A DNA stretch of 64,000 nucleotides, taken from assembly GCA_016933575.1 (NCBI GenBank), contig JAFGAR010000101.1, forward strand, positions 32,001 through 96,000. Direction: 5' to 3'. A program made the position numbers and the translations under genes. This DNA comes from Candidatus Thorarchaeota archaeon (GTDB lineage Archaea; Asgardarchaeota; Thorarchaeia; Thorarchaeales; Thorarchaeaceae). Positions 50,151 through 59,426 of this stretch are shown here, one piece after another (within the stretch, counting starts at the first letter, position 1; each line of letters begins with the position of its first letter). The notes under the pieces are model-generated. The model saw nothing but the letters and a program-made list of their open reading frames with translations, searched no databases and had not been told where the DNA came from.

Positions 50151-51053
50151 TTAGATTGCAATCACGACAAGCATTACTCCAAAAACTGTCAATAACACGC
50201 CTAGAATAGAGCGAAAGCTAAAACCCTCCTTGAGGGCATAAATAGAGATTGGCATTGCGAATAGTGGTGAAGTAGAACCAAGGAGTGCTGCAATTGAAGC
50301 ACCAATCATTTTCACAGTATATGTATAAAGTAAGGATCCTAGAGTCATGCCCAAAAATCCAGCTGCCATCACAATTTTGATTGATCTCCTAGTTGGAAGC
50401 GGCATTCCAGTCTTGTAGGCTGTAATAAAAAGAGGCACAAAGATAGCACCGCCAAAGAGCATCCTAAGGAAGTTTGCATCAATAGGTTCCACATTCTCTA
50501 CGCCTAATTGAAGCAGCACACTACCCACTGACCAACATACAGCAGCTAACAATGCAAGACCTATACCAAGGGCATCAAGTTGAGCTCTTCCTTCATTCCT
50601 ATTCTTAACAGCCTGTTCTCTAGAAATTATAGTGACTCCAAGGACTGCTATGATTATGCCTACGAGTCGACTGTAGATTATGGTCTCGTTCAAAAAGAAA
50701 ATGGCGATGATATATGTTAGAATCGGGTAAATATTCGCTATTGGAAAAGCGTAGGAAACTCCGATTTTCTCTTGACTGATTAGATAGACAAGATCTCCTG
50801 TGACTAAACCAATCGTTACTGATGCGAGGAGAAAGATAGCTGATTCTAATGGCATATAGAATGGTGTTGTTCTAAACGGCAAGATGACAATAAATGCCAT
50901 GAATGCCATAGCAGCCCACATCTTTAGAGCTGAAATTGCCAGAGGAGTCGCCTTGCCACTTTGAGACTTGTAGACATTTGTGGATATAGCCCACAAGAAT
51001 GATGTGAATAGACCAATACCAATTCCAAGGAGGAATTCAGGAGTCAGTTGCAT
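50151..51053 (-). CDS. DMT/EamA family transporter
   Basis: 10 TMs in two repeats; IGVSYAFPI...P, IGASIAALL...P. Confidence 0.9.
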   Translation of the reverse strand: MQLTPEFLLGIGIGLFTSFLWAISTNVYKSQSGKATPLAISALKMWAAMAFMAFIVILPFRTTPFYMPLESAIFLLASVTIGLVTGDLVYLISQEKIGVSYAFPIANIYPILTYIIAIFFLNETIIYSRLVGIIIAVLGVTIISREQAVKNRNEGRAQLDALGIGLALLAAVCWSVGSVLLQLGVENVEPIDANFLRMLFGGAIFVPLFITAYKTGMPLPTRRSIKIVMAAGFLGMTLGSLLYTYTVKMIGASIAALLGSTSPLFAMPISIYALKEGFSFRSILGVLLTVFGVMLVVIAI

Positions 51054-51114
51054 ATGGCAATCAGAATTTCTGAAAGAAATGCTCCTATTGAAGCTATTCT
51101 AATGACACTTCTAA

Positions 51115-51546
51115 TCATAGACTGCGTTCTTCGACATCAATTGTAGCCATGCAATAGGGACATTTAGCCTGCAATGGACCCACCCAATCAACCTCTTCAG
51201 TACTGATTGATGCTGCGCAAGAGGGACATCTAGAAGGTACTTGATAGATTGATTTTCTCTCTCTTCTGGAAGATGAGTGCCCGTGGCTTACGGAGCCACC
51301 GGTCTGGGGCTCATGATCATAACTGTAAGTCTGACACCTTTGAATGGGTAAATCTTTCTGTTTTTTGGTAAATATTATAGCTAAGCAAAATACAACTCCA
51401 AATGCACCCATTCCAAAGGCGATTAGAGGAAAGAAAAATGGCGCACTCATTTGTAGTGCAAAGTACCCCATACCAAAAGCGGTCAAGCACCAAATAATCA
51501 TAAAACATCCAATAACGATTTTTCCTGATATTGCTCCTTGACTCAT
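51115..51546 (-). CDS. 2-TM protein with C-terminal zinc ribbon (WVGP type)
   Basis: CPSCAASISTEEVDWVGPLQAKCPYC; paralog of 56988..57398. Confidence 0.75.
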   Translation of the reverse strand: MSQGAISGKIVIGCFMIIWCLTAFGMGYFALQMSAPFFFPLIAFGMGAFGVVFCLAIIFTKKQKDLPIQRCQTYSYDHEPQTGGSVSHGHSSSRRERKSIYQVPSRCPSCAASISTEEVDWVGPLQAKCPYCMATIDVEERSL

Positions 51547-51642
51547 ACTTTCAACCTCGAGCTGTCTGTATTTTGAAATGATTTAAAGTCTTTAGTCTAC
51601 ATTCATAGAAACAGACAGAAATTATGGAAGTGCAATGTTGAA

Positions 51643-51963
51643 ATGGGTGTCCACGAGAATTTTCAGGAAGAGATGCAGGATATCTGTAAAAAATACTTTG
51701 ATCTCTTGCAGCAAAAGAAAGCAATTGATGAACAACTTGAGTCATTGCACAATTATCTCGAAGTCACAATGCAGAAGTATGATCGGGAAGAGTATGATGA
51801 TCCTGAAGTCCCTGTGAAGGTCGACAAAATAGTCTATACGAGTGAACGCATGAAACGAGGTGCTAAAGAAAAACTGCGAGAGCTATTGACCACGAAACAA
51901 TGGTCTGATATCTTTAAGACAAAAGAAATCGTTTCATATCGAGTTACGCCTCGTGATGAATGA
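51643..51963 (+). CDS. Small coiled-coil hypothetical protein
   Basis: 106-aa charged ORF fills the gap between genes; heptad region YFDLLQQKKAIDEQLESL. Confidence 0.6.
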   Translation: MGVHENFQEEMQDICKKYFDLLQQKKAIDEQLESLHNYLEVTMQKYDREEYDDPEVPVKVDKIVYTSERMKRGAKEKLRELLTTKQWSDIFKTKEIVSYRVTPRDE

Positions 51964-52005
51964 TTTTCATTTATGCATCCACAATTCTAAGTCACTCTTA
52001 GAACA

Positions 52006-52719
52006 TTAGTGTGTTTTTTTTAGAATACCAACATAGTACTTCGGTTCACCAATGGTCTTCTCGAGGTACCAGCCAGCCTGTTCCCCAAGTTCTTTCATGA
52101 GCTCCTTAGTGCATAGTAAGAGGTACCACCAATCATCTATGTCTCCCTTGTACTTATTTCTGAGCCGTACTAACCCGGGTGGATTGCCTGCCTCTCTATT
52201 CATCTCATGATATTTCAGATGAATTTCTTCACCTGTCTCCAAGGGATCAATAGATCCTCCCAGGATTTTAGCATCATCTGTGGTTACATCATGGAATCCT
52301 CTTAGCATTCTCACTACTCCCTCTGGTTGGCCCATCAGTCTAAAATTATTCCCGAATAGAACTACTGTCTTAAAGTACGAATGCGGCAGTACCAGTTTAT
52401 CAGCTGACATTTCATAGACATTATTGAAACCTCTTTTCCGACTGATTTCAATAGCGAGAGGCGAAGTATCGATGCCGTAGTATTCTAATCCCCTTTCTAC
52501 AAGAATTTCTCCGACTCGGCATACTCCACATCCAATATCTAGAACAGGTCCTTCCATTTCTTCAACAGCAAGTTGTTCAACTCTTGGCCATTCATCAAAC
52601 TTGCGGATATATTGTAATCCTGAAGTATTTCGAATGAATCCATCATCTCTCTCAATAATGTAGCTAGAGTCGTGTCCTTGTACTGCATCACGCATAATCT
52701 TTCCAAATGTGTCGGGCAT
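52006..52719 (-). CDS. Class I SAM-dependent methyltransferase
   Basis: ERDDG, VLDIGCG, GIDTSP, FGNN. Confidence 0.9.
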   Translation of the reverse strand: MPDTFGKIMRDAVQGHDSSYIIERDDGFIRNTSGLQYIRKFDEWPRVEQLAVEEMEGPVLDIGCGVCRVGEILVERGLEYYGIDTSPLAIEISRKRGFNNVYEMSADKLVLPHSYFKTVVLFGNNFRLMGQPEGVVRMLRGFHDVTTDDAKILGGSIDPLETGEEIHLKYHEMNREAGNPPGLVRLRNKYKGDIDDWWYLLLCTKELMKELGEQAGWYLEKTIGEPKYYVGILKKTH

Positions 52720-52874
52720 GACTCTAATATTGCAATACATTGACAAAAATTAACCGTTTTCAGGTAACGACTTGTGTCCTCATTAAGTGTCCCCTAATAG
52801 TGCCTTCTGATTATATACTCATTCTTACGTTCATGTGATGTTTCTTATAGATTTGAAGAAGGGGATTTGCACCG

Positions 52875-54383
52875 ATGAGTAGAACTTCAAGCTTCATGGG
52901 CTTTGCAGAGGCAGATGATAAGGCAATTCACCTCGGGAAGATCCTTATGATTCTCTTACCTACAGCCAACATTATCTTTACACTAAGTACTACATTCTAT
53001 ACTATCTTCATCGCTGAGGCACTCGGAGGAGCTGGTGGATTCATTGAAGGTCTAGGTCTCTTGGGAGTACTTGTTGCTGTTGAGATGATTACCCAGACAA
53101 TACTTGATTACCCAAGTGGAGCTCTTGGTGATGCTATCGGTCAGAGATGGGTCATTGCATTAGGAAACTCATTGTATGGTGTCGTCTTCTTCATGGTCTC
53201 CTTTGTGACTTCATCGACTCCGTTCCTCTATCTAGTTGTTGTTTTTGCACTTCAAGGTGTTGCTCAATCACAGATAAGTGGCGCTTGGGGCGCTTGGTTC
53301 GATAACAATTACAAAATTGCTATGCCTGCTGATACCGATAGAAAGCAGTACGGGGTCTTCTGGGGTCGTATGGGTATGATCTCCCAAATAGCCTCAACTG
53401 CAGCATTAATCCCAGGAAGTATCTTGGCAGTGGTTTTTCAGAGAGCATTTGTTTTTCAGATCGAAGCAGTTGGTGCTTTCATCTTTGCATTACTTGTCTT
53501 GAGATATATTAGAGATTTCCCTGAAGTCGAGGCACTACGTGAGGAGCGCCCATCAATGAGCGAGTATACATCTCTTCTCCGAGAAGGTGTCAGTTATCTA
53601 TGGAGAACTCCATTCGTGAAATATCTTGTCATCGGCTCTATGCTAACAGCGAGTGCTATTTCTGTCTGGGGTCAGCTCATCTTATTTCCTCTCTATTTCA
53701 GCTATCTCATTACAGATGTCGCAGTCGCTTCATACCGAACGATTGCCTTCATTCCCGGGGTTGCTGCAAATGAGAGATCTGGAATCTGGTCACAGAAATT
53801 CGAGCCAAAGAAATGGATTCCTAGATTTCGACTTCTTCAAGCATGTGGATTTGTATTCTTCTTAGTGTTGGCAGTACTGATGTTCGTTTTTCCACCAGTT
53901 CCAAATGCAACAGAGATGGTCTCAGTTCTATGGCCATTCACTGATATTGCCCTCATAGAATTACCAGTGCAACATGTCATTCCGATTATTATGCTATTTA
54001 GTTTGTTCACGGTTACAATGTTCTTTGGTGGCTTTGCCGAAATTCTTACACAGAGAGTGCTATTGGATGTAATTCCAAGCAGAAATCGTAACTCATTATA
54101 CTCTCTGCAACCAACAATCCTTCTATTGCTGGCTACACCTCAGATTGCTATTCTCGGTTGGGTCATCCCGGTAATTGGTTTTCCTGCAACATTATTGATC
54201 TGTGGCTTTGTTTCATTAACAGGTGTATTGATAATCAGATACGCCTTGACCTTGGAGCGACCTATTATCGAAAAGAAAGAGACTTCAGATTCTGTTGCCA
54301 ATGATGAAGAGCGCATCATTGAATCAAGCTCGGAAACTCTTATTGAAAATATAGAGCCCGTTGTTAGATCCATTCCGGAGTGA
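52875..54383 (+). CDS. MFS transporter
   Basis: DYPSGALGDAIGQR (motif A-like), ~12 TMs. Confidence 0.88.
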   Translation: MSRTSSFMGFAEADDKAIHLGKILMILLPTANIIFTLSTTFYTIFIAEALGGAGGFIEGLGLLGVLVAVEMITQTILDYPSGALGDAIGQRWVIALGNSLYGVVFFMVSFVTSSTPFLYLVVVFALQGVAQSQISGAWGAWFDNNYKIAMPADTDRKQYGVFWGRMGMISQIASTAALIPGSILAVVFQRAFVFQIEAVGAFIFALLVLRYIRDFPEVEALREERPSMSEYTSLLREGVSYLWRTPFVKYLVIGSMLTASAISVWGQLILFPLYFSYLITDVAVASYRTIAFIPGVAANERSGIWSQKFEPKKWIPRFRLLQACGFVFFLVLAVLMFVFPPVPNATEMVSVLWPFTDIALIELPVQHVIPIIMLFSLFTVTMFFGGFAEILTQRVLLDVIPSRNRNSLYSLQPTILLLLATPQIAILGWVIPVIGFPATLLICGFVSLTGVLIIRYALTLERPIIEKKETSDSVANDEERIIESSSETLIENIEPVVRSIPE

Positions 54384-54404
54384 TGGATTCGTTTCCATCA
54401 CTCC
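54377..54404 (+). terminator. Stem-loop overlapping the MFS stop codon
   Basis: Perfect 11-bp stem GGAGTGATGGA/TCCATCACTCC with a 6-nt loop. Confidence 0.55.
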
Positions 54405-54562
54405 ACCTCATTATTGCGTTCGAATACAGTTGATTTGGAATTAGACAAATCGTCAAATTACTTGTATTGAGCATATCTTCAAATAATATTCCATATTTTC
54501 TAATTGAGATAAGGAAAAGTAGAAAAGATGAATCACTTAATTAAACGATGTAATAACCGGAT

Positions 54563-55804
54563 TTGATGTTGATGAATCTCGAGAAGGAACTTGCTCAATG
54601 CAATCAAAAGATTTCTCGCATTGAATACGAAAGTCAGAAACTCCTCGAAGCTGCATCAATCGTTCTTCAATCAGAAGATTTCGTTCATGCTGCAAAGGCT
54701 GTTTTCGATATAGCTAAAGATCTCACTGGTGCATCATCCGGATACGTTGCTTTACTCTCTGAAGATGGGCTTGAAAATGAAGTATTGTTTCTTGATTCTG
54801 GTGGACTTCCCTGTTCTGTTGATGAGAGTTTGCCAATGCCAATTCGTGGTCTACGCGAAGTAGTCTATCGAGAGAATAGACCTGCATATGAGAATGCATT
54901 CATGGAATCTGAATGGTTGCGATATATGCCAGAGGGACATGTTACAATGCGGAATGTTCTATTTGGCCCTCTAGTCATCGCAGGAAGAGCTGAGGGATTG
55001 ATTGGATTAGCAAACAAACCTTCGGACTTCAATGAAGACGACGCAAGAATTGTCATGGCCTTGTCTAATTTAGTAGCAATTGGATTAAAGAGAGCTAAGA
55101 CAGAAACAGAGTTGAGAGATAGCCAACAAAGGCTTTCTGAAACGATTTCTGAATTGAAGCTCTACACATCCCTACTTAGACATGATCTATCTAATGATCT
55201 TCAACTCATTATTGGGGAAATCCAACTAGCGCAACTCAAAGTAGCAGAAGAACCAGAGTTAAAGGAATCCTGCGTAAAAATTGATTCAGCTTGTTCAAGA
55301 ATGCTGAGACTTGTACAGGTCTTCAATAAGGGTGATATTTTAGAAGATAACAATTTACTATCTCTAATCAAATACCTCACTGACGAGACTGTTTCAAGTT
55401 ATCAAGAAGTTAATATTGATCTCCATAATCATACATCTAAGGATACTATTATCATTAGAGGCTGGTCACTCCTTCCCTTTGTCTTTGACAACCTCATTCG
55501 TAATGCTTTCCAGCATGTTAGTCCTGATGTTGAAATTAATATCCATCTTAATACCGAGAACGAGAATGTGATTTTAGATTTTGTAGATAATGGTCATGGA
55601 ATTGACAGTGATATTGCCGCAAATCTCTTTCAAAAGGGTGTTTCAAAGGCAGGTAGTGGATTTGGCTTATATCTCTGCAGAAAGATCATTGAAACCTACC
55701 AAGGCAAAATATTCCTTCTACCGCGTGAGGTTTATAATAAAGGAGCGGCAATTCGAATTGAATTGCCATTCGTCAAATCAGATGTCAGTATTAAATTACA
55801 CTAG
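54563..55804 (+). CDS. GAF-domain sensor histidine kinase
   Basis: GAF (GLIGLANKPSDFNEDD), H-box LLRHDLSN, NLIRNA, DNGHGI, GSGFGL. Confidence 0.92.
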   Translation: MMLMNLEKELAQCNQKISRIEYESQKLLEAASIVLQSEDFVHAAKAVFDIAKDLTGASSGYVALLSEDGLENEVLFLDSGGLPCSVDESLPMPIRGLREVVYRENRPAYENAFMESEWLRYMPEGHVTMRNVLFGPLVIAGRAEGLIGLANKPSDFNEDDARIVMALSNLVAIGLKRAKTETELRDSQQRLSETISELKLYTSLLRHDLSNDLQLIIGEIQLAQLKVAEEPELKESCVKIDSACSRMLRLVQVFNKGDILEDNNLLSLIKYLTDETVSSYQEVNIDLHNHTSKDTIIIRGWSLLPFVFDNLIRNAFQHVSPDVEINIHLNTENENVILDFVDNGHGIDSDIAANLFQKGVSKAGSGFGLYLCRKIIETYQGKIFLLPREVYNKGAAIRIELPFVKSDVSIKLH

Positions 55805-55830
55805 TACATCGTTGGAGTATCTTTACTTTC

Positions 55831-56895
55831 TCACATTTCGTAGAAATATTTGCCCTTACTGTAAATGAGTTCATCTCCAGCATAAATTTCTCCATTAAGC
55901 ATGGATTTGATCATATCCACGTGAACTGCTGACTCGTTGACTCCATTACAGTCCTTGTAGGCTCGTCCTAGAGCACAGTGAATCGTGTCGCCAATTTTTT
56001 CATCGAAGAGCATATTGAGAGTATATTGCTTGATACCACGATTTGTGCCAATAGCCATCTCACCGAGTCGGCGAGAGCCTTCATCAATCTCTATGATTGA
56101 TTTCAGAGTTGCTTCTTCTTTCTCAGCAGAGAAATCTACGACTTCTCCTTTTTCAAAAGTGAGTCTTACGCCTTCAATCACCTTTCCTTGTTGTAGGAAT
56201 GGGATATCAAAGTAGATTTTTCCTTCTACAGAATCGTCAACAGGAGCTGTGAAGACTTCTCCACTGGGCATATTATGTTTTCCATCGCTTGCTACCCAAA
56301 TTCGACCTTCTGTTGAGGCATAAAGGTCAGTTTCAGGTCCTATGTATCGGATATCTTTATGATTCTCAAGATGCTCCTTCATGACATACATCATTTTACT
56401 CTCTTCAGCCCAGTCGATGAGAGTAGCCCCATATACAAAATCACGATACTCCTCTAAACTCATGTTTGCCTCTTGAGCTAGTGTTTGACACGGGTGAACG
56501 GTGAGTGACCACCTTTTACTAAGACGCATCGCTTGAATCTCCTGTTGCGTCTTTGAATCCAACATGATCTTCTTGTTGTCGACATTCGTTAATCCGCGAG
56601 TGTTCACCGGTGATCTAAGAGAGATGAATACATCACATTTCTCAGTAACTGCTTTCATATGTTCAGGAACAATCTTGAGGGTTTCATCAGAAGCATTTGT
56701 GTAGAAAGCACGAAGTGCTTCTTCACTTGTCATCAGTGTGATTACTCGTCCACCAGCTTTTGCTATTTCCTTATATAATGCAACAACAAGCTCGTGTGCT
56801 TCAGGCGTTGCATTGATAATGACATTATCGCCTGGTTTGACTTCAGTGCTCCATTCAACAAGGATTTTTGCGTGTTCTTCAATTCGCGGGTCCAT
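55831..56895 (-). CDS. Aminopeptidase, M29 (AmpS/thermophilic metalloprotease) family
   Basis: NMPSGEVFTAP, LGEMAIG, LFDEKIGDTIHCALG.AY, NESAVHVDM. Confidence 0.95.
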   Translation of the reverse strand: MDPRIEEHAKILVEWSTEVKPGDNVIINATPEAHELVVALYKEIAKAGGRVITLMTSEEALRAFYTNASDETLKIVPEHMKAVTEKCDVFISLRSPVNTRGLTNVDNKKIMLDSKTQQEIQAMRLSKRWSLTVHPCQTLAQEANMSLEEYRDFVYGATLIDWAEESKMMYVMKEHLENHKDIRYIGPETDLYASTEGRIWVASDGKHNMPSGEVFTAPVDDSVEGKIYFDIPFLQQGKVIEGVRLTFEKGEVVDFSAEKEEATLKSIIEIDEGSRRLGEMAIGTNRGIKQYTLNMLFDEKIGDTIHCALGRAYKDCNGVNESAVHVDMIKSMLNGEIYAGDELIYSKGKYFYEM

Positions 56896-56987
56896 TGCTA
56901 TGCCTCGAATTCTGAACACTCCTTCTATGTCATATATATTGTGGAATGCGCTTCGAGAGAAAGACGTTCATTGGACAATTCTACAGA

Positions 56988-57398
56988 CTAAATTTCTCGT
57001 TTCTCTGTCTTATGTGTAGCTCCACAGTATGGGCATTTTATTGTGAGTGGTCCAACCCATTCAATGCCTTCAGAAGTCAATGATGCTCCACAATCCTTGC
57101 AGAAACTTGGAGGTTCGTAAATGAATGACCTCTCTTTAGGTACGCTAGCCATTCGAGGATTCATAGCTAATCCAAAAGCTCCCACCGTTCCTATCCGTTT
57201 CCTCATCCCATACACAATGACTCCAGCACCAACCAAGAAACTGATCATGGGTACAACAAGAACATAGAATAGAATCATACCAACATCGTGTGTATCAGCC
57301 CAGAAGAATTGCATGAATCCACCAAAGAAACCTACAACAATAATTATCATCCCGATAATTGTAGTGCCACAACCAGAACTACTAGAGTCATCAGACAT
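56988..57398 (-). CDS. 2-TM protein with C-terminal zinc ribbon (WVGP type)
   Basis: CKDCGASLTSEGIEWVGPLTIKCPYCGAT; paralog of 51115..51546. Confidence 0.75.
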   Translation of the reverse strand: MSDDSSSSGCGTTIIGMIIIVVGFFGGFMQFFWADTHDVGMILFYVLVVPMISFLVGAGVIVYGMRKRIGTVGAFGLAMNPRMASVPKERSFIYEPPSFCKDCGASLTSEGIEWVGPLTIKCPYCGATHKTEKREI

Positions 57399-57575
57399 TG
57401 TAAATCTATCCTGTATCTTTCATTCAGATGCTCCACACAATGAGTTATAGGTTTCTCTCTGACGAATTGTCATACATGGAATATCCGATCTAGTTGACTA
57501 ATTCACCTTTAGCTTCGGGGGGATTGGCACATTCACGACTGGTTTAATAGTAAGTGCTTCTGATTACATCTTACA

Positions 57576-58856
57576 ATGGACGTTGCTGGTTTAATTACCC
57601 TCATTATATTGATAGTGACTTTATTGGTCATATTATCAGAGAGGATTAACGAAACAGCAGCTGCTCTATTGGCTATGTCCATTGTTGGCGGAATCTTGTA
57701 TCTCTTCTATGGATTCACTTTCACAGAATTTGTGCAGCTCATGCCATGGGATACAATTCTCTTTGTCACAGCGATGTTGATTGTTGTAGCTGTTGCTGCT
57801 TCTTCAGGAATGTTCCAATATATAGCCCTAGTTCTAATTCGAAGAACAGGCGGTGAACCCAAGAGGATTTTCATAACGTTCATGAGTTTTGTTTTTGTTA
57901 TATCACTGTTCCTTGACCCACTCCCGACGATGTTAGTCATGGGCGTTTTTACGGTTGAAGTTTGCAAAACAGTTGACCTTGATTTTAGACCTATATTAAT
58001 CTCAGAAGTAATTGTTGCCAACTTTGCTTCATTTCCTTCTCTTGTAGGATCAGTACCTAATCTGGTCATTGCCGTCAATTCGAACATCGATATCACATTG
58101 ATGTTCATTTTCCTCATGCCCCTCTCAATACTTCTATTCATAATAACTATCTACTTACTTCTATGGAAGTATGGTGACTCACTCAAAGTTGAAGGCACTT
58201 CAGATTGGAATGTTCTCTATATGATTAAACCAAGTGTCATGATTAAGTCCAGACATGATTTCTATCTGTCTTTGATTGCCATGACCATTCTGATTCTTGG
58301 ATTCACGATTGGCGCAGTTCGTGTAGAGGCTAGTCTAATTGCTATGTTGGTTGCTTCAGGAATGTTGGTCTTTTCTCATGAACGCTCGAAAGATCTACTT
58401 AGAGCACTCTCTTGGGATACCATCTTCTTCTTGGTTGGTCTCTTTGGAATAATTGCTGGATTAGAACAGACAAATGTAATCTCTGATTTCGTGAATGGCA
58501 CCATGGCTATAATTGGCAATAATATATTCTTAGCAATGGGAATAATGATCTGGATACCTGGTTTCGTCTTGTCATTAATAGATAATATTCCAGTTGCAGC
58601 ATTACTCTCTGAACTTGGACTTCAATTGGGTGCAATTAATCCCATAGTTCCTCTTACACTGATTATCGGAACAAATGTTGGAGGGTATATGATTCCCTTT
58701 GGGGATGCACCGAATATGATAGCTGTGGGTCTTGCAGCAGATGAAGGAAAACCCATTAGTTTCATTGATTTCACAAAGATAGCATTACCACTTGGATTTC
58801 TACATCTTGTAGTGAGTACCGTGTATTCATTCGCAATTGCCCTATTATTCTTTTAA
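57576..58856 (+). CDS. ArsB/NhaD/CitMHS (IT superfamily) permease
   Basis: WDTILF, VANF...VGSVPNL, IDNIP, GTNVGG...FGDAPN. Confidence 0.9.
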   Translation: MDVAGLITLIILIVTLLVILSERINETAAALLAMSIVGGILYLFYGFTFTEFVQLMPWDTILFVTAMLIVVAVAASSGMFQYIALVLIRRTGGEPKRIFITFMSFVFVISLFLDPLPTMLVMGVFTVEVCKTVDLDFRPILISEVIVANFASFPSLVGSVPNLVIAVNSNIDITLMFIFLMPLSILLFIITIYLLLWKYGDSLKVEGTSDWNVLYMIKPSVMIKSRHDFYLSLIAMTILILGFTIGAVRVEASLIAMLVASGMLVFSHERSKDLLRALSWDTIFFLVGLFGIIAGLEQTNVISDFVNGTMAIIGNNIFLAMGIMIWIPGFVLSLIDNIPVAALLSELGLQLGAINPIVPLTLIIGTNVGGYMIPFGDAPNMIAVGLAADEGKPISFIDFTKIALPLGFLHLVVSTVYSFAIALLFF

Positions 58857-58932
58857 ATCGGAAATTGTCTATTTGATAGGTTCCTACCTCGTTGATGATT
58901 AAATTCATCAATGTTTGATGTAAAGAAAAATT

Positions 58933-59421
58933 ATGTTCGATATACTAGAACGTTCACTCAAGTTTGGTCTTAGAGGTAAACACATCCACATGGATCCACA
59001 GAAAGCCCTTGAAGGATTAAATGCAGAGACAGCAAGCATGCTTCCGTTCAAAGGGGATCATTCTTGTTGGCATATTTTGTATCATATGGTATTTTGGCAA
59101 GATCTAATGCTTTCCGCAATTAGAGGCGACGATGTTGATTGGCCCAAGAACAACGATTCAAGTTGGTTAAGTAATGACATGCTCGGAGATCCAGAAGATT
59201 GGCAAGATCTTGTTCAGAAGTTCGTTGATGGATTGAATGAGGCTGAGGAACTCGTGAAAGGAATTCAATCGCTGGATGACTTACCTGCATGGCCAAAGGT
59301 ACCTCCCTTTGCAGCATTCATGTCCTTGAACCAACATAATGCCTATCATACAGGAGAAATTGTAGCCACACGACAGGCTCTAGGCATTTGGCCGCCTCCA
59401 GAATACAAGCCTACATTCTAG
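58933..59421 (+). CDS. DinB/YfiT-family protein
   Basis: HSCWHILYHMVFWQ and QHNAYHTGEI His-triad pattern. Confidence 0.88.
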   Translation: MFDILERSLKFGLRGKHIHMDPQKALEGLNAETASMLPFKGDHSCWHILYHMVFWQDLMLSAIRGDDVDWPKNNDSSWLSNDMLGDPEDWQDLVQKFVDGLNEAEELVKGIQSLDDLPAWPKVPPFAAFMSLNQHNAYHTGEIVATRQALGIWPPPEYKPTF

Positions 59422-59426
59422 TGGAT

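Noticed and set aside
54377-54404. TGA plus hairpin as a selenocysteine recoding signal
   Set aside because: The MFS protein is complete at this TGA, the hairpin includes the stop itself, and no SECIS-like motif or selenoprotein context is evident.
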